Counted from the first letter of the stretch, positions 1-10,150 are shown. The stretch is DNA of 64,000 bases from an uncultured Clostridia bacterium (GCA_947627815.1 CANQXN010000002.1:280-64279); one strand, 5' to 3'. Program-made: numbers and translations. Notes: generated by a model not told the origin, from the sequence alone.

Positions 1-3000
1 CTCATACTGGTGTGCGCAGGCACGAAGGATTTGCCGCTTGGCGATAGCCGGCTCATAAGGAAGCATGGCTAAGCAATCCTGTAACTGATCCCTGAAGCCA
101 TAGGCGCCTCCTGATTGCTGATATCCTGCACGAGCCAACATACGAACAACATAAGCCTGATAGGGGAGAAAGAAATTGGAAAACGCTGTGAGAGGCCGAT
201 CGGGAAACTGAAACCGCAAAGAAGAGAAAAGCGCGGTGTAATGTTTTTCATAGGCGTCAAATCCAACAGAGAGCGCGGCGGTGTCGGGATATTTTTGGCG
301 TATAAACTCGTAAGGCCGTCGGTTTTGCCAGGGGGTTACACCGAAAAGAAATCCGCGTTTTTTTCCGGATGCTGGCAGCGTGGTCAGGAAAATCTGTTGA
401 TCCGACATGGTAAGAGAAAGAGGATTGTGCCAAAAAACGGTATGACTGCCGTTTGTCCGTTCTTCGGAACCTGACTCGCTCGTTCTATGGGTGATGTGAC
501 GAAATTTCATTGGAGAAGAGCAGCTTGGCGTAACAACATAGTTAACTTGCCAGCTTTCCGGTGCCTCTATTTCAATCAGCTTTACAGCAAGCAGGGGATC
601 TATTCCGATACGCGCTGTGATTTTTTGTCCGGCAATATATGTTTCATAGCGGGCGCCGCCCGGGCCGAAGGTAACGGTATCTGCCGTAGAGCAAACATCG
701 TAGCATACATCACCGTCAGATACCAGCAACCGTTCGGCGCTGATATCCCGTCTGAGATCGGCCGCCGGTTCAGTGAGCCGACATTCTCGCGAATCTTTCA
801 GCCAGGTATATCCGGGACTGTTGGCCGTTACCAGTGTGCCGAAAAAAGAAGAAGCATAAACAAACGAGCGGACGCCGTCGGTTTCTTCTTTTACCACCGT
901 AAAATCATGTCCGGAAAACCAGCCACCGTGCAAACGCAGTGATCCTGGCGGCGGTTCTTTTCCGCTTTTTTCTGTCGTTTTTTCTAAGGGGATGGGTTGG
1001 GAAAATGTCTTGCGCCGCGTGACAGTATAATACAGTTCTTCCGGAGAGGTATCCCGGTCGATGGGCAGGGACAGGCAGGCGGCGGCGGAGACCAGCGGGA
1101 AAAGCCCGGGATCATTGATGAGGAAAATACCGCCGTGTCTGCCGATATAGCCGTTGCCGGCTTCCTGCGCGATAAGTTTTCCGATTTGCCTTGTCAGCGG
1201 TTTGTTGTAACTGTCCCTTTCCCGACAGAGAAAGACGAGTTCGCTTCGAATCCCTTTTTCACGGAAAAGACGGTGCAGTTTAAGAAAGAGCCGGGTGATT
1301 TTCTCGTTTTTTTCTATCGTGTCGGGGTTGGGGCGTATGGCGATGATAGGATCGTCGCCGGAAATACCCACTGCCCATAATTCTCTGACGGAGTGGGGAC
1401 CGTGGATTTCGGCGGCGGAGCGCAACGGAAAAGTGATTGCCGAAAGATAGAGTTCACTGTAGCGTGCCTCCGGGCGGTCGTTGCCCAGTGTGGTAAGCAT
1501 ACCTCTCACGACCGGCCGCAGGCTTTCACAAAAGAAATCCAGCATGGATCTATTTTGGGACGAAACGCGCGATACCGAATCCGCTTTAGCGCTTTTACAT
1601 GAGGCACGGATGCCCAAAATGCTCTCCCGGACATCGCTGCGCGAAGTTCCGTAAGCGATGAGAAAATCCGATCTCATTTTCCCGTTTTGAAACCGCGGTT
1701 TTGTGCGCATGACAGCCAGAGGCGATACGACGGCGCCTTCTCTGCCGGGCAGAGAGCGGCTTGCCAGCGCTGTCAGATCATCGTCTGTATAGGGGCAGGG
1801 CAAAAGATCCTTGCGGGAATCAAAGGCAAGTATCTGTTCGCCGCCAATCCCGAGCCAGGCTTCGGGTCGGTTTTCCCGTCCGCGCATACGGAAAAACAGG
1901 ATCTCATCTTTTTCGGTATAGAAGGCTTCGATCGAGAGATCAGCATAGAAAGGAGAAGCACGCCAGTCTCGTTCTGGCAGCATAAGCGGTTGAAAGACCA
2001 GAGTAGGGGTGGCTTGCGTACCTTCCGGGGCGGAAAAAGACAGACAAAACAGATCTTTTTCTCCGTGTACACCAAAGGCAACACCGATTTCTTTACCGTT
2101 GCACAGCATGGAAAACTGCGCTTTCGTGCCGGAATAGGAAAAAGACCCGGGGCGAAGGGTATAGTTCACACCGTCAACTTCGCAGACCAGCCGCAGGGAA
2201 GTGAGAATCGGCGGTTCTCCCGGCGCAAAAAAAGCGGGCGCGCTGAGCAAGGTGTTTCTGACAAAAATTTCCGCTTGTCCTGCCGAAGACAGTTTCCAAC
2301 CGGCGCGTCCGTTGGAAAGCAGCACCGGCGTCGGGAGGCGGCTTTGATCGACGGCGCCCCGCACTTCTTTTTCGACCGAAGGTTTTACGAAGCGGCGTGG
2401 GCGTTCCGGCCGTTGAGGAATCAGTTTGCCACGGAAAAGCGGCGCCTCTACGGGGATGCGTTCATCCAATAATTCCGCCGCCGATGCCATACGGGGGTCA
2501 GACATAAAGCGCCTTACGAAAAGATTGTCAAATACAGCGTTAGCCGAAGCAAGAATGCTCATGCCGATGTGATGAGACATGAAGCATTTGATCAGCGCAT
2601 ATCCTTGGCCGACGCTGGCCGGGGTAAAGTCAATGGCCTCAAAAAAGCCGTAATCGCCGTATGCGCCGAAATCGCGCAGGGCGGCAAGGTCTGACAAGGC
2701 GGCATCCGGGATCCTGGCGAGTTGCAAAAAGGCGGCATAAGGTGCAACGACCCGATCCCTGCCGGCCGTGCTGTCCAAGGCCACCGCATCGATACCGTGG
2801 GCTTTATACTGATAGTTCATATCGGCGTCAAAGGCATAATAAGCGGATTCGGAAATGCCCCAAAGGCCGGCAAACCGCTGTCCGCTTTGGAGGGATGAGC
2901 AAAACGACAGGGCTTCATAGGTCATACTGTTTTTGACAATAGGCAAAAACAAATGCGGCATATAATATTCAAACGCCGTGCCGGACCAGGAAGCAAGACC

Positions 3001-5916
3001 GATATACCGTCCTTTTCCAACCACAATGCGCGAGAGCTTCTCCCAGTGACTTTTTGGCACGATGCCGGCGGCTACGGCATAATATCCGGTGGTTCTGGCC
3101 TCGCTCATAAAAATATCATAGCAAGAGAGCGGGGATGGAGGATCGTTGCCGCGTGCAATATAGAACAGATCGCGTTCTTTACAGTAGAGCGCGGAAAAGT
3201 CGGCTTCTTCGGCCAATCGTCCCGCTTTAAAGATCACCTGCTGCAGCGCCGGCTCCTCCTCGGTGTAATCTTTAAGGCCTTGACAGAGCGTTACCAAGGA
3301 AATGACAAAATTACCGCTGTCAACGGTGGAAACGAAGGGCGTGCCGAGAATCTCCAGTGTGCGGGTATCATACCAGTTGTATAAGTGGCCGTATTTTTTC
3401 GGCAATTGCTCTAAAGTATTCAATGTGGCTGCCGTTCGCTGCAATAATTCCTTGCTGTCGATCAAACCGAAGTCGCGCGCGGCCAGACAGGAAAGGAGAT
3501 ACATCCCGATGTTTGTGGGCGAGGTACGATGCGCCAGCGTTTTTACAGGAGCAAGCTGTAAATTGTCGGGCGGCAACTCATGTTCTTCCGCGGTGACATA
3601 ATCCCGAAAATAGCCCCACATGTCTCGAACATAGCCTGTCAACACCGCTTTTTTTCTCTCGGAAAGCGGTTTGGGACGGGCGGGGTATTCATAAGCGAGG
3701 ATAACGAGGACAAGCGGCAGCATCAGCCAGGCGATGCCGAAAAGCCGAGGCGGAAAACTGTGGCCAAAAACAAGGGCGATAAGCCCTGATACTTGTGAAA
3801 AAAGAGTCGAACCGAGATAAGCTCCCGCTCCGTTTTTCTTGGCATCCGCTTTTGCCGCCGTCGTCCACTCAAGAAGATTTCGGCGAGAGACAAACATCCG
3901 CCAGAGAGAGCGAAAGAGCGCGTCAAAAGAAATTTTGGCCATGTGCGCCAAAGAGGCAAGATTAAAAAGCAGGTTGAGAACCGTGTACCAGAAACTGTGG
4001 AGGATTCTTGAAAAATAGCGGCGCAGGGTGGTTTTTCGCACACCGCAAAGCGCGGTGATGAGAGGAAAGAAAAGATAAGCGACAGCAAAGGGAAAGACCA
4101 AAAGTTCCTGGCCGGCGCCGAAGAGCATGGACAGCATAATAGCCAAAAACGCACTGACCGGAATCAACAGACGCCGGAGGTTGTCTAAAAGCTGATACCG
4201 CGGTAACAGGCCAAACGGATTTTTGTGGCGTTTTCCGTTGGCTTTTTTGCAGGTCGGAAGGGCGTACGGCAAGGCTTGCACATCTCCGCGATACCAGCGG
4301 TGAAGCCGTGTGAAAAAGGAAAGAGGCGTTTTGGGGAAACTGTCGGTGAGAACCACATCCGAAAGAAACGCACATCGTAGGAGAGAACCTTCCAGAAGAT
4401 CATGGGATAGGATTTCTTCCGGCGCAAAAGCATCCGGCAGTAAGGCTTCATATACATCGAGATCAAAAATTCCTTTTCCGCAGAAAATCCCGCGTCCGAA
4501 CAGGCTTTCATAAACATCGAAAGTTGCGGAGGAATATACATCGAGACCGCCGCTGCCGCACAGCAAAAGCGAGAATCGGGTAGCGGTGGCGGAAGGCGCA
4601 GTGACCGCCATGCGTGGCTGCATGGCGGCATACCCGGCGACCACACGGCCGTGGCGGATCACAGGGCGGTTCTCGGGATGGAGCATGGCGCCGATCATTT
4701 CTTTTACCGTTCCCAGGGGAAGATCGGTATCGGCATCGAGCGTAATGAGATATTTACAACTGCGAAGAAAGAGAGCATCGCCGGTAAAGAGATCGAAGGC
4801 GTCGCCTTTGTCCCGACAAAACGCCGCGAAATCCAAAAGCGCGCCTCGTTTGCGTTCCCGTCCCATATAAGTGTTTTCTGTGGCGGAACGGGAGCGGGAA
4901 CGAATGGCCGCAAAAAAACGGTTGCCGTATCGTTTATTCAGCGATTCGATCTTTCTTCTTACAAAATCAGAAAGTTCCCGGTCGCGTTCGGTAAAAGGCG
5001 TTGCGGCGTCGGCATAGTCCAAAAGCAATCCAAAGTGGAGATTTTCGTTTTTGTTGGCTAGATAAAATCGTTCCAGTCGTTCAAACGGCGCGGGATCCTC
5101 TTTGGTCAATAGCGTGGTAATGACAACGGCCGTTCTTGCCTGATCGGGAATGTTTTTTAATTCGAGTTTCGGAATATGGCGCGGAGGAAGAAACCGGCGG
5201 AAAAACAGTTCTGTGACCTGTTTTGTCAATTCGCTGATCGGCAGAAAAAGGAAAGGAATCAACCAAAAGGACAGTCCAAATGCCAGAGGCAAAAGGGTCA
5301 GAAAAAGCGCCGGCACCCAAATGGATAAAAAGTAAAGGGCGCGGATCGCTTTACGCGCACGGGTTTTGGGGATCCGTTTTTTCAGAATATCGGCGGCGTC
5401 AATTTCATCGATTTTGTGTCGCTTGGCAAAGGCGGTGATTTCCGCCTTGCGGCGTTGCCGTGTGGCTTTGTCACAGAGAAGATATAGCTCATCGGTGGCG
5501 CGCAGATGCTCTTCCAGGCTCGACAGGGCAAGATACCGTTCTTCCGCGTTGCCGGTGTCAAAACTGCGCAAGGTGGCCGCCGCCGCTTCCGCCAGACGCG
5601 CCGCGTCCTCTGTTGAAAGATCTTTCAGGGAAGAAAGCGTACGCAAAATGACCAAAGATACAGCAGGAACCACCGCGAGTATTTCTTCTTCCCGAAATCC
5701 CGCAAGCCGATTCTGATAAGAAAGATAGGAAATCAGCGCGCTGTCGGTGAGCGAGAGGTCGGTTTCCTGTAATTTTTCAGCCACGGCGCGGTATAACCGG
5801 CGGGTAATATGCTTTTTTTGTTTGATGGCTTCTTCGGCGTGAAGAAGAATGCGATAATATTCTCCCTGCTGTCCAAACGCGGCGGTCAGTTTTTTCAGGC
5901 GGCGACGATCGTTCAT
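1..5916 (-). CDS. Cyclic beta-1,2-glucan synthase-like giant multidomain protein (membrane glycosyltransferase + (alpha/alpha)6 domain + GH94-type domain). The N-terminus is complete and the C-terminus runs off the left edge (1972 codons visible).
   Basis: Absent from the ORF track because there is no stop in the window. Manual translation of the minus strand from the ATG (CAT at 5914-5916) reads MNDRRRLKKLTAAFGQQGEYY... and stays open down to position 1. No minus-strand ORF in this frame is listed, which fits one unbroken frame. Motifs seen: ITLDADTDLP, SHDLLEG and RWYRGD (GT-A type transferase), two hydrophobic TM clusters, RTSPTNIGMYLLSCLAARDFG, and GGAYGFRDQLQD near the edge (GH94-like). 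Confidence 0.8.
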   Translation of the reverse strand, partial: MNDRRRLKKLTAAFGQQGEYYRILLHAEEAIKQKKHITRRLYRAVAEKLQETDLSLTDSALISYLSYQNRLAGFREEEILAVVPAVSLVILRTLSSLKDLSTEDAARLAEAAAATLRSFDTGNAEERYLALSSLEEHLRATDELYLLCDKATRQRRKAEITAFAKRHKIDEIDAADILKKRIPKTRARKAIRALYFLSIWVPALFLTLLPLAFGLSFWLIPFLFLPISELTKQVTELFFRRFLPPRHIPKLELKNIPDQARTAVVITTLLTKEDPAPFERLERFYLANKNENLHFGLLLDYADAATPFTERDRELSDFVRRKIESLNKRYGNRFFAAIRSRSRSATENTYMGRERKRGALLDFAAFCRDKGDAFDLFTGDALFLRSCKYLITLDADTDLPLGTVKEMIGAMLHPENRPVIRHGRVVAGYAAMQPRMAVTAPSATATRFSLLLCGSGGLDVYSSATFDVYESLFGRGIFCGKGIFDLDVYEALLPDAFAPEEILSHDLLEGSLLRCAFLSDVVLTDSFPKTPLSFFTRLHRWYRGDVQALPYALPTCKKANGKRHKNPFGLLPRYQLLDNLRRLLIPVSAFLAIMLSMLFGAGQELLVFPFAVAYLFFPLITALCGVRKTTLRRYFSRILHSFWYTVLNLLFNLASLAHMAKISFDALFRSLWRMFVSRRNLLEWTTAAKADAKKNGAGAYLGSTLFSQVSGLIALVFGHSFPPRLFGIAWLMLPLVLVILAYEYPARPKPLSERKKAVLTGYVRDMWGYFRDYVTAEEHELPPDNLQLAPVKTLAHRTSPTNIGMYLLSCLAARDFGLIDSKELLQRTAATLNTLEQLPKKYGHLYNWYDTRTLEILGTPFVSTVDSGNFVISLVTLCQGLKDYTEEEPALQQVIFKAGRLAEEADFSALYCKERDLFYIARGNDPPSPLSCYDIFMSEARTTGYYAVAAGIVPKSHWEKLSRIVVGKGRYIGLASWSGTAFEYYMPHLFLPIVKNSMTYEALSFCSSLQSGQRFAGLWGISESAYYAFDADMNYQYKAHGIDAVALDSTAGRDRVVAPYAAFLQLARIPDAALSDLAALRDFGAYGDYGFFEAIDFTPASVGQGYALIKCFMSHHIGMSILASANAVFDNLFVRRFMSDPRMASAAELLDERIPVEAPLFRGKLIPQRPERPRRFVKPSVEKEVRGAVDQSRLPTPVLLSNGRAGWKLSSAGQAEIFVRNTLLSAPAFFAPGEPPILTSLRLVCEVDGVNYTLRPGSFSYSGTKAQFSMLCNGKEIGVAFGVHGEKDLFCLSFSAPEGTQATPTLVFQPLMLPERDWRASPFYADLSIEAFYTEKDEILFFRMRGRENRPEAWLGIGGEQILAFDSRKDLLPCPYTDDDLTALASRSLPGREGAVVSPLAVMRTKPRFQNGKMRSDFLIAYGTSRSDVRESILGIRASCKSAKADSVSRVSSQNRSMLDFFCESLRPVVRGMLTTLGNDRPEARYSELYLSAITFPLRSAAEIHGPHSVRELWAVGISGDDPIIAIRPNPDTIEKNEKITRLFLKLHRLFREKGIRSELVFLCRERDSYNKPLTRQIGKLIAQEAGNGYIGRHGGIFLINDPGLFPLVSAAACLSLPIDRDTSPEELYYTVTRRKTFSQPIPLEKTTEKSGKEPPPGSLRLHGGWFSGHDFTVVKEETDGVRSFVYASSFFGTLVTANSPGYTWLKDSRECRLTEPAADLRRDISAERLLVSDGDVCYDVCSTADTVTFGPGGARYETYIAGQKITARIGIDPLLAVKLIEIEAPESWQVNYVVTPSCSSPMKFRHITHRTSESGSEERTNGSHTVFWHNPLSLTMSDQQIFLTTLPASGKKRGFLFGVTPWQNRRPYEFIRQKYPDTAALSVGFDAYEKHYTALFSSLRFQFPDRPLTAFSNFFLPYQAYVVRMLARAGYQQSGGAYGFRDQLQDCLAMLPYEPAIAKRQILRACAHQYE

Positions 5917-6011
5917 GCTGTGCTACTCTTTTCTGTTCTGTCATTACCCCTATTATTTTCCAAATCGCACCGTTTTATAAGCCGGTTGCCGCGCCACCTT
6001 GCATTTCAGAG

Positions 6012-6047
6012 AAAAAAGAGGCGCCCGACCTATTCGGTCAGGCGCCT
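6012..6047 (-). terminator. Intrinsic terminator downstream of yloV
   Basis: Read on the minus strand: AGGCGCCTGACC-GAATA-GGTCGGGCGCCT (one G-U pair) followed by CTTTTTTC, about 15 nt after the yloV stop. Confidence 0.6.
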
Positions 6048-6061
6048 TGCCTTCTTAAAAA

Positions 6062-7708
6062 TCACTCCAGCGAGATAATATAATCGTAAACCGGCTGTCC
6101 GCCTTTGATTAAAGAAATCTCGGTGTCGGAAGAAAGAGAGTGGTTCAAAATGCTGTATACTTTATCCGCTTCTTCGGGGCTGATGCTGTTGCCGTAAAAA
6201 ACCGTGACCATCGTCACATTTTTTATTCCGTCAGCAAGGCGGGCGATACATTCCTCTTCACTGTCGGAAACACAACGGATTTTTTCATCTATGATGCCCA
6301 TGGCCTGCCCTCTGTGTATTTCGAGGCCATCTACTTGGGAATCCCGAACCGCATGTGTCGTCGAAATGCAGGTGACAGCGGACATGGCGGCTATCATGGC
6401 TTTTTGGTTTTCCTCCGGCGTGGCGCTTTCATCAAATGCGAGGAGCGCCGAAATCCCCTGCGGCACATTCCTGCTGGGGAGAACAATCACTGTCCGGTCG
6501 TCGCAGAGGGATGCCGCCTGTTCTGCCACCAAATGAATATTTTTATTGTTGGGAAAGACAAAAACAGTGTGTGCAGGTGTGCGTTGAATGGCTTCCAGCA
6601 GATCCTGCGTGCTGGGATTCATCGTCTGACCGCCATATATGATCTCATCCACACCGAGTTCGTTAAATGCTTCATGGATGCCATCGCCCATACAGACGGC
6701 CACAAATCCGTATTCGTTGACCGGATCGGTTTTCGGCGAGGAAACGGGCGAAGACGGTTCGTTCGCTTCTATCACTTTGGCGGAATGCTGTAACTTCATG
6801 TTTTCCACTTTCACCGTGGCGAGAATGCCGTATCGCAACGCTTCTTCCAAGACGCGTCCCGGATGGTTCGTGTGAACATGGAGTTTTATCAGCTCCTCAT
6901 CATCCACAAAAACCACGCTGTCCCCGACAGATCCGACAAAAGCGCGAAAATCGCCGGTCAATCCTTCACCGCGGAAGGCCTCATTTTTTTCAATAATGCA
7001 TTCGGTGCAGTAGGTATAGATGACATCCTCGGATGAAAACAGGGAAAAGTCCGCTTCTGTCGGGGTGTGGTCGTCGGTCTGCACTGTGGCAGTCACCGGT
7101 TGCCCTTGGAGGGCGGACAGCATTCCGGCGAGAATGACAGAAAATCCATAGGCGCCGGCATCTACCACATGAGCCTCTTTCAGAACCGGCAAAAGATCCG
7201 GCGTATGTGATAATTCGGTTTCAGCCAGCGGAACCAGCGCGGAAAAGAGCGATATTACATCGGCGTCCATCTCGCTTGTTACAAAAGCGCAAGCTTCTTC
7301 CGCACAGCGGCGCATTACCGTAAGAATGGTGCCTTCGGTTGGCTGCATGACAGCTTTATAGGCTTCTTTGGTGCCGGCGTCAAAGGCGATGGCAATGGCC
7401 TTGGCATCCGCTTCTTCCTGACCGGCAAACGCTTTTCCCATGCCTCGCAGAAAAAGGGAAAGAATCGCGCCGGAGTTGCCGCGGGCAGAGCGCAAGGCGG
7501 CATCGGCCAGGTGGCGGGTAACAGCGGACAGCGATGCCTCGTTGTCCTCCATTTTTCGCACCGGGCTGACAGTCAGCGCCATATTGATGCCGGTGTCACC
7601 GTCTGGCACCGGAAAGACATTCATATTGTTGATGGCTGTTTTTTGGTTTTCCAGTGCATTGGCGCCGGAAAGCATCATTTGATAAAAAATATGTCCATTG
7701 ATACGCAT
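6062..7708 (-). CDS. yloV: DAK2 (DhaL) domain fusion protein, YloV family
   Basis: MRINGHIFYQMMLSGANALENQKTAINNMNVFPVPDGDTGINM is the typical YloV N-terminus. The track start at 7762 is a TTG, and the ATG at 7708 gives the canonical N-terminus. Confidence 0.85.
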   Translation of the reverse strand: MRINGHIFYQMMLSGANALENQKTAINNMNVFPVPDGDTGINMALTVSPVRKMEDNEASLSAVTRHLADAALRSARGNSGAILSLFLRGMGKAFAGQEEADAKAIAIAFDAGTKEAYKAVMQPTEGTILTVMRRCAEEACAFVTSEMDADVISLFSALVPLAETELSHTPDLLPVLKEAHVVDAGAYGFSVILAGMLSALQGQPVTATVQTDDHTPTEADFSLFSSEDVIYTYCTECIIEKNEAFRGEGLTGDFRAFVGSVGDSVVFVDDEELIKLHVHTNHPGRVLEEALRYGILATVKVENMKLQHSAKVIEANEPSSPVSSPKTDPVNEYGFVAVCMGDGIHEAFNELGVDEIIYGGQTMNPSTQDLLEAIQRTPAHTVFVFPNNKNIHLVAEQAASLCDDRTVIVLPSRNVPQGISALLAFDESATPEENQKAMIAAMSAVTCISTTHAVRDSQVDGLEIHRGQAMGIIDEKIRCVSDSEEECIARLADGIKNVTMVTVFYGNSISPEEADKVYSILNHSLSSDTEISLIKGGQPVYDYIISLE

Positions 7709-7784
7709 GTTTTTTGCCGGCCTCGGTTCTTTCTTTGCGGCCGCCTTTCTTTGGTCTTGCAAGAATCAAAAAATATGTAAAAAA

Positions 7785-8219
7785 TTATAGATCGGAAAGA
7801 TGGCGATTCATCAGGATCATAACTTTAAAAAAAGTAGCCAATTCCTGATCGCTGATTTCATCTTTCAGTTGACGGATGGTTTCGATCACCCAGCGGGTCA
7901 CTTGACGCAGGCAGGCCCGACCGTTTGGCGCTATGACATACCGGGCGCGATATCGTACCGTTTCCGGCGTTATGCGGCGGATAAAATCAAGAGACAAAAG
8001 GTCGCCTATGATCCGGGAGATCAAAGCCTTGTCAACATCGCAGAATGCGGCCAAACGGCTCGCCGTCATTCCGGCGGGATTTTTGTCAAGGTGGTAGAGA
8101 CAAAGAACATGGACGCCGCGAATTCCCATCGTGGATAGATGCTGATTTTCAAACTTGGCAAGATTTTTGGAAAGATTTTCTACATTGACGCGGAAATCCG
8201 CATACCGATCCAATAGCAT
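7785..8219 (-). CDS. MarR family transcriptional regulator
   Basis: 144 aa with a winged-helix MarR-like pattern (HVLCLYHLDKNPAGMTASRLAAFCDVDKALISRIIGDLL). A GGAGGG ribosome binding site lies 7 nt upstream of the ATG. Confidence 0.8.
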   Translation of the reverse strand: MLLDRYADFRVNVENLSKNLAKFENQHLSTMGIRGVHVLCLYHLDKNPAGMTASRLAAFCDVDKALISRIIGDLLSLDFIRRITPETVRYRARYVIAPNGRACLRQVTRWVIETIRQLKDEISDQELATFFKVMILMNRHLSDL

Positions 8220-8253
8220 ACGATGTCCCTCCGTTTCCTTTTCAATTCCAAAA

Positions 8254-8271
8254 ATGTTGACATGTCAACAT
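8254..8271. promoter_or_regulatory. Perfect 18-bp palindrome, candidate MarR operator
   Basis: ATGTTGACATGTCAACAT is perfectly self-complementary. It sits 35 nt upstream of the marR start and contains a TTGACA on each strand. Confidence 0.5.
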
Positions 8272-8384
8272 TCAATATTGGCAGTATAACACACAAGACT
8301 GGAAATGTCAAGTGCTTTTCCCGTTTTTTTGAAAACTTTTCCGGCATTTTGATCGGTTTTTCAAGACAATATGCCATAAAGAGA

Positions 8385-8418
8385 ACCCCGCCCCATCTGA
8401 AAAGACAAGGGGCGGGGT
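8385..8418 (-). terminator. Hairpin terminator downstream of the GH2 gene
   Basis: ACCCCGCCCC / GGGGCGGGGT arms with a 14-nt loop, followed on the minus strand by TTCTCTTTAT. It lies 17 nt after the GH2 stop. Confidence 0.55.
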
Positions 8419-8434
8419 ATTGAGGATAAAATGT

Positions 8435-10150
8435 TCAGTCTTCCACGGCCGCTTTTTTTGTGTTGATGTCATAAAAGATTTTTGGGTCAAATTTGAATGT
8501 GCGCTCATAGGTCATAAGGCCGTTTTGTTCCTGTTCCACATCATAGAGCTGTGTATAGCAGAACGCGAAACAGTCGGGGTTGTTCAGCAGTGTCTCTGTC
8601 AACCCTTTATAGCGAGCGATAAACGCTTCTTCGGTGGCAGGAGCATCGCCGTATCCCCAACCGCCTTCTTTATCGCTCCATTTGATGCCGCCGTATTCGG
8701 AAACAAAATAGGGCTGGCCGCCATAGGGCTGACGATCCTTGAAGGTGATGTATATGCCTTTGGCAAGTTTTTCGGCAAAGGTGGTGACATTCTGGTCGTA
8801 TTCATGGATATCGTAAATATCGGTGTCCACATGGAAATTGCCGCTGGTATCAATCACAGGACGGGTATCGTCTATGGCTTTGGTGGTGTCATAGACGATT
8901 TTAAGGATTCGATCATCCTGACGGGAGCCGTTCCAGTCCCAGGTCTCGTTGAAGGGACACCAGCCGATGATGGAGGGATGGGAATAGTCCCGCTCCACCG
9001 ATTCGCACCATTCCGGGAGGAAGTTGCCGAGCTGCTCAAACTCAAAGAGCCGAAGCCCCCAGTTGCCGTGTTCGCCCCAGCAGAGATACCCGAGTCTGTC
9101 TGCCCAATAGAGAAAACGAGGTTCGAAAATCTTTTGATGCAGCCGAGCGCCGTTAAATCCCAGCGCCATGGAATTGACAATATCGGCCTTCAGCGCCTCA
9201 TCGGAGGGCGCGGTGTAGATGCCGTCGGGATAAAAGCCCTGATCTAATACCCAGCGGCCAAAGACGCTCTTGCCATTCAGCAAAAACTTTCGGTCGGTAA
9301 GCGCGACCTCTCTCAGGCCGAAATAAGAAGAAACCTGATCGGTAACGCCGGAAGCGTCCGATACCGTAAGCGTTAAATCATAAAGGCGGCCTTGTCCTAC
9401 TTCCCAAAGATGTGTTTCTGACAGGGGGATCGTCAGCGTGGTCGTCATGCCGTTGGCGGTCGCCGTGGCCTCTCCCGTGGGTTTGCCGTCATAGCTTGCC
9501 TTGGCAGAAACAGTTACGCCGGCGCAGTATTTGGCCAGACGAACGGTAACAACGGCCGAGGGAAGAGAAATATTGGTTTTGATCTTGACCTGTTCAATGT
9601 GTGCTTTTTCTACAGGCTCCATCCATACGGTTTGCCAAATGCCCGTGGTACGGGTGTAGGAACAGCCGGAGGAGTAATACCCCGTACACTGCTTGCCAAC
9701 CGGCTGAGAGCCGCTGCGGGTGTCATCATAGGCGGAAAGAGCAATCAGATTTTTGCCTTCCTTCAAATGCGGCGTCACATCAAAAGAGAAGGGGGTATAG
9801 CCGCCTCTGTGGCTGCCGACAAAATGACCGTTGATCCAAACGCGAGCCTCGTAATCCACGGCACCGAAGTGGAGAATGACTTGTTTCCCCGCCCATGCCG
9901 CGGGAATTTCAACTTCCTTGCGATACCATACACACAATTTGAAATCGGGATCCCCAATGCCGGAGAGCTTGCTTTCTGGGCAAAACGGCACTAAAATGGG
10001 GCGGCTGTTCAGCTTTTTTTCGGGTTTATAATATTCCAGCTCTTCACCGTTGCAGGCGTTATCCACGATGTAATCCCAATGACCGTTCAGGTTCAGCCAA
10101 TCGTTTCTTACAAGCTGTGGGCGCGGATATTCATTTCTCGGGATTTTCAT
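8435..10150 (-). CDS. Glycoside hydrolase family 2 (beta-galactosidase / beta-glucuronidase-like), cytoplasmic
   Basis: MKIPRNEYPRPQLVRNDWLNLNGHWDY is the typical GH2 N-terminus. WCPFNETW (acid/base NE) and FVSEYGG (nucleophile E) are present. The ATG at 10150 is preceded by GGAGG, and the 54-codon upstream extension in the track looks spurious. No signal peptide. Confidence 0.8.
   Translation of the reverse strand: MKIPRNEYPRPQLVRNDWLNLNGHWDYIVDNACNGEELEYYKPEKKLNSRPILVPFCPESKLSGIGDPDFKLCVWYRKEVEIPAAWAGKQVILHFGAVDYEARVWINGHFVGSHRGGYTPFSFDVTPHLKEGKNLIALSAYDDTRSGSQPVGKQCTGYYSSGCSYTRTTGIWQTVWMEPVEKAHIEQVKIKTNISLPSAVVTVRLAKYCAGVTVSAKASYDGKPTGEATATANGMTTTLTIPLSETHLWEVGQGRLYDLTLTVSDASGVTDQVSSYFGLREVALTDRKFLLNGKSVFGRWVLDQGFYPDGIYTAPSDEALKADIVNSMALGFNGARLHQKIFEPRFLYWADRLGYLCWGEHGNWGLRLFEFEQLGNFLPEWCESVERDYSHPSIIGWCPFNETWDWNGSRQDDRILKIVYDTTKAIDDTRPVIDTSGNFHVDTDIYDIHEYDQNVTTFAEKLAKGIYITFKDRQPYGGQPYFVSEYGGIKWSDKEGGWGYGDAPATEEAFIARYKGLTETLLNNPDCFAFCYTQLYDVEQEQNGLMTYERTFKFDPKIFYDINTKKAAVED

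Noticed and set aside
115-5716. Many 60-260-aa ORFs on both strands across the first 5.9 kb (for example 1687-2472 +, 4185-4646 -).
   Set aside because: All lie in frames other than the single uninterrupted minus-strand frame of the Cgs-like gene. Their translations are low-complexity R/G/A/P-rich shadow sequences with no recognisable motifs.
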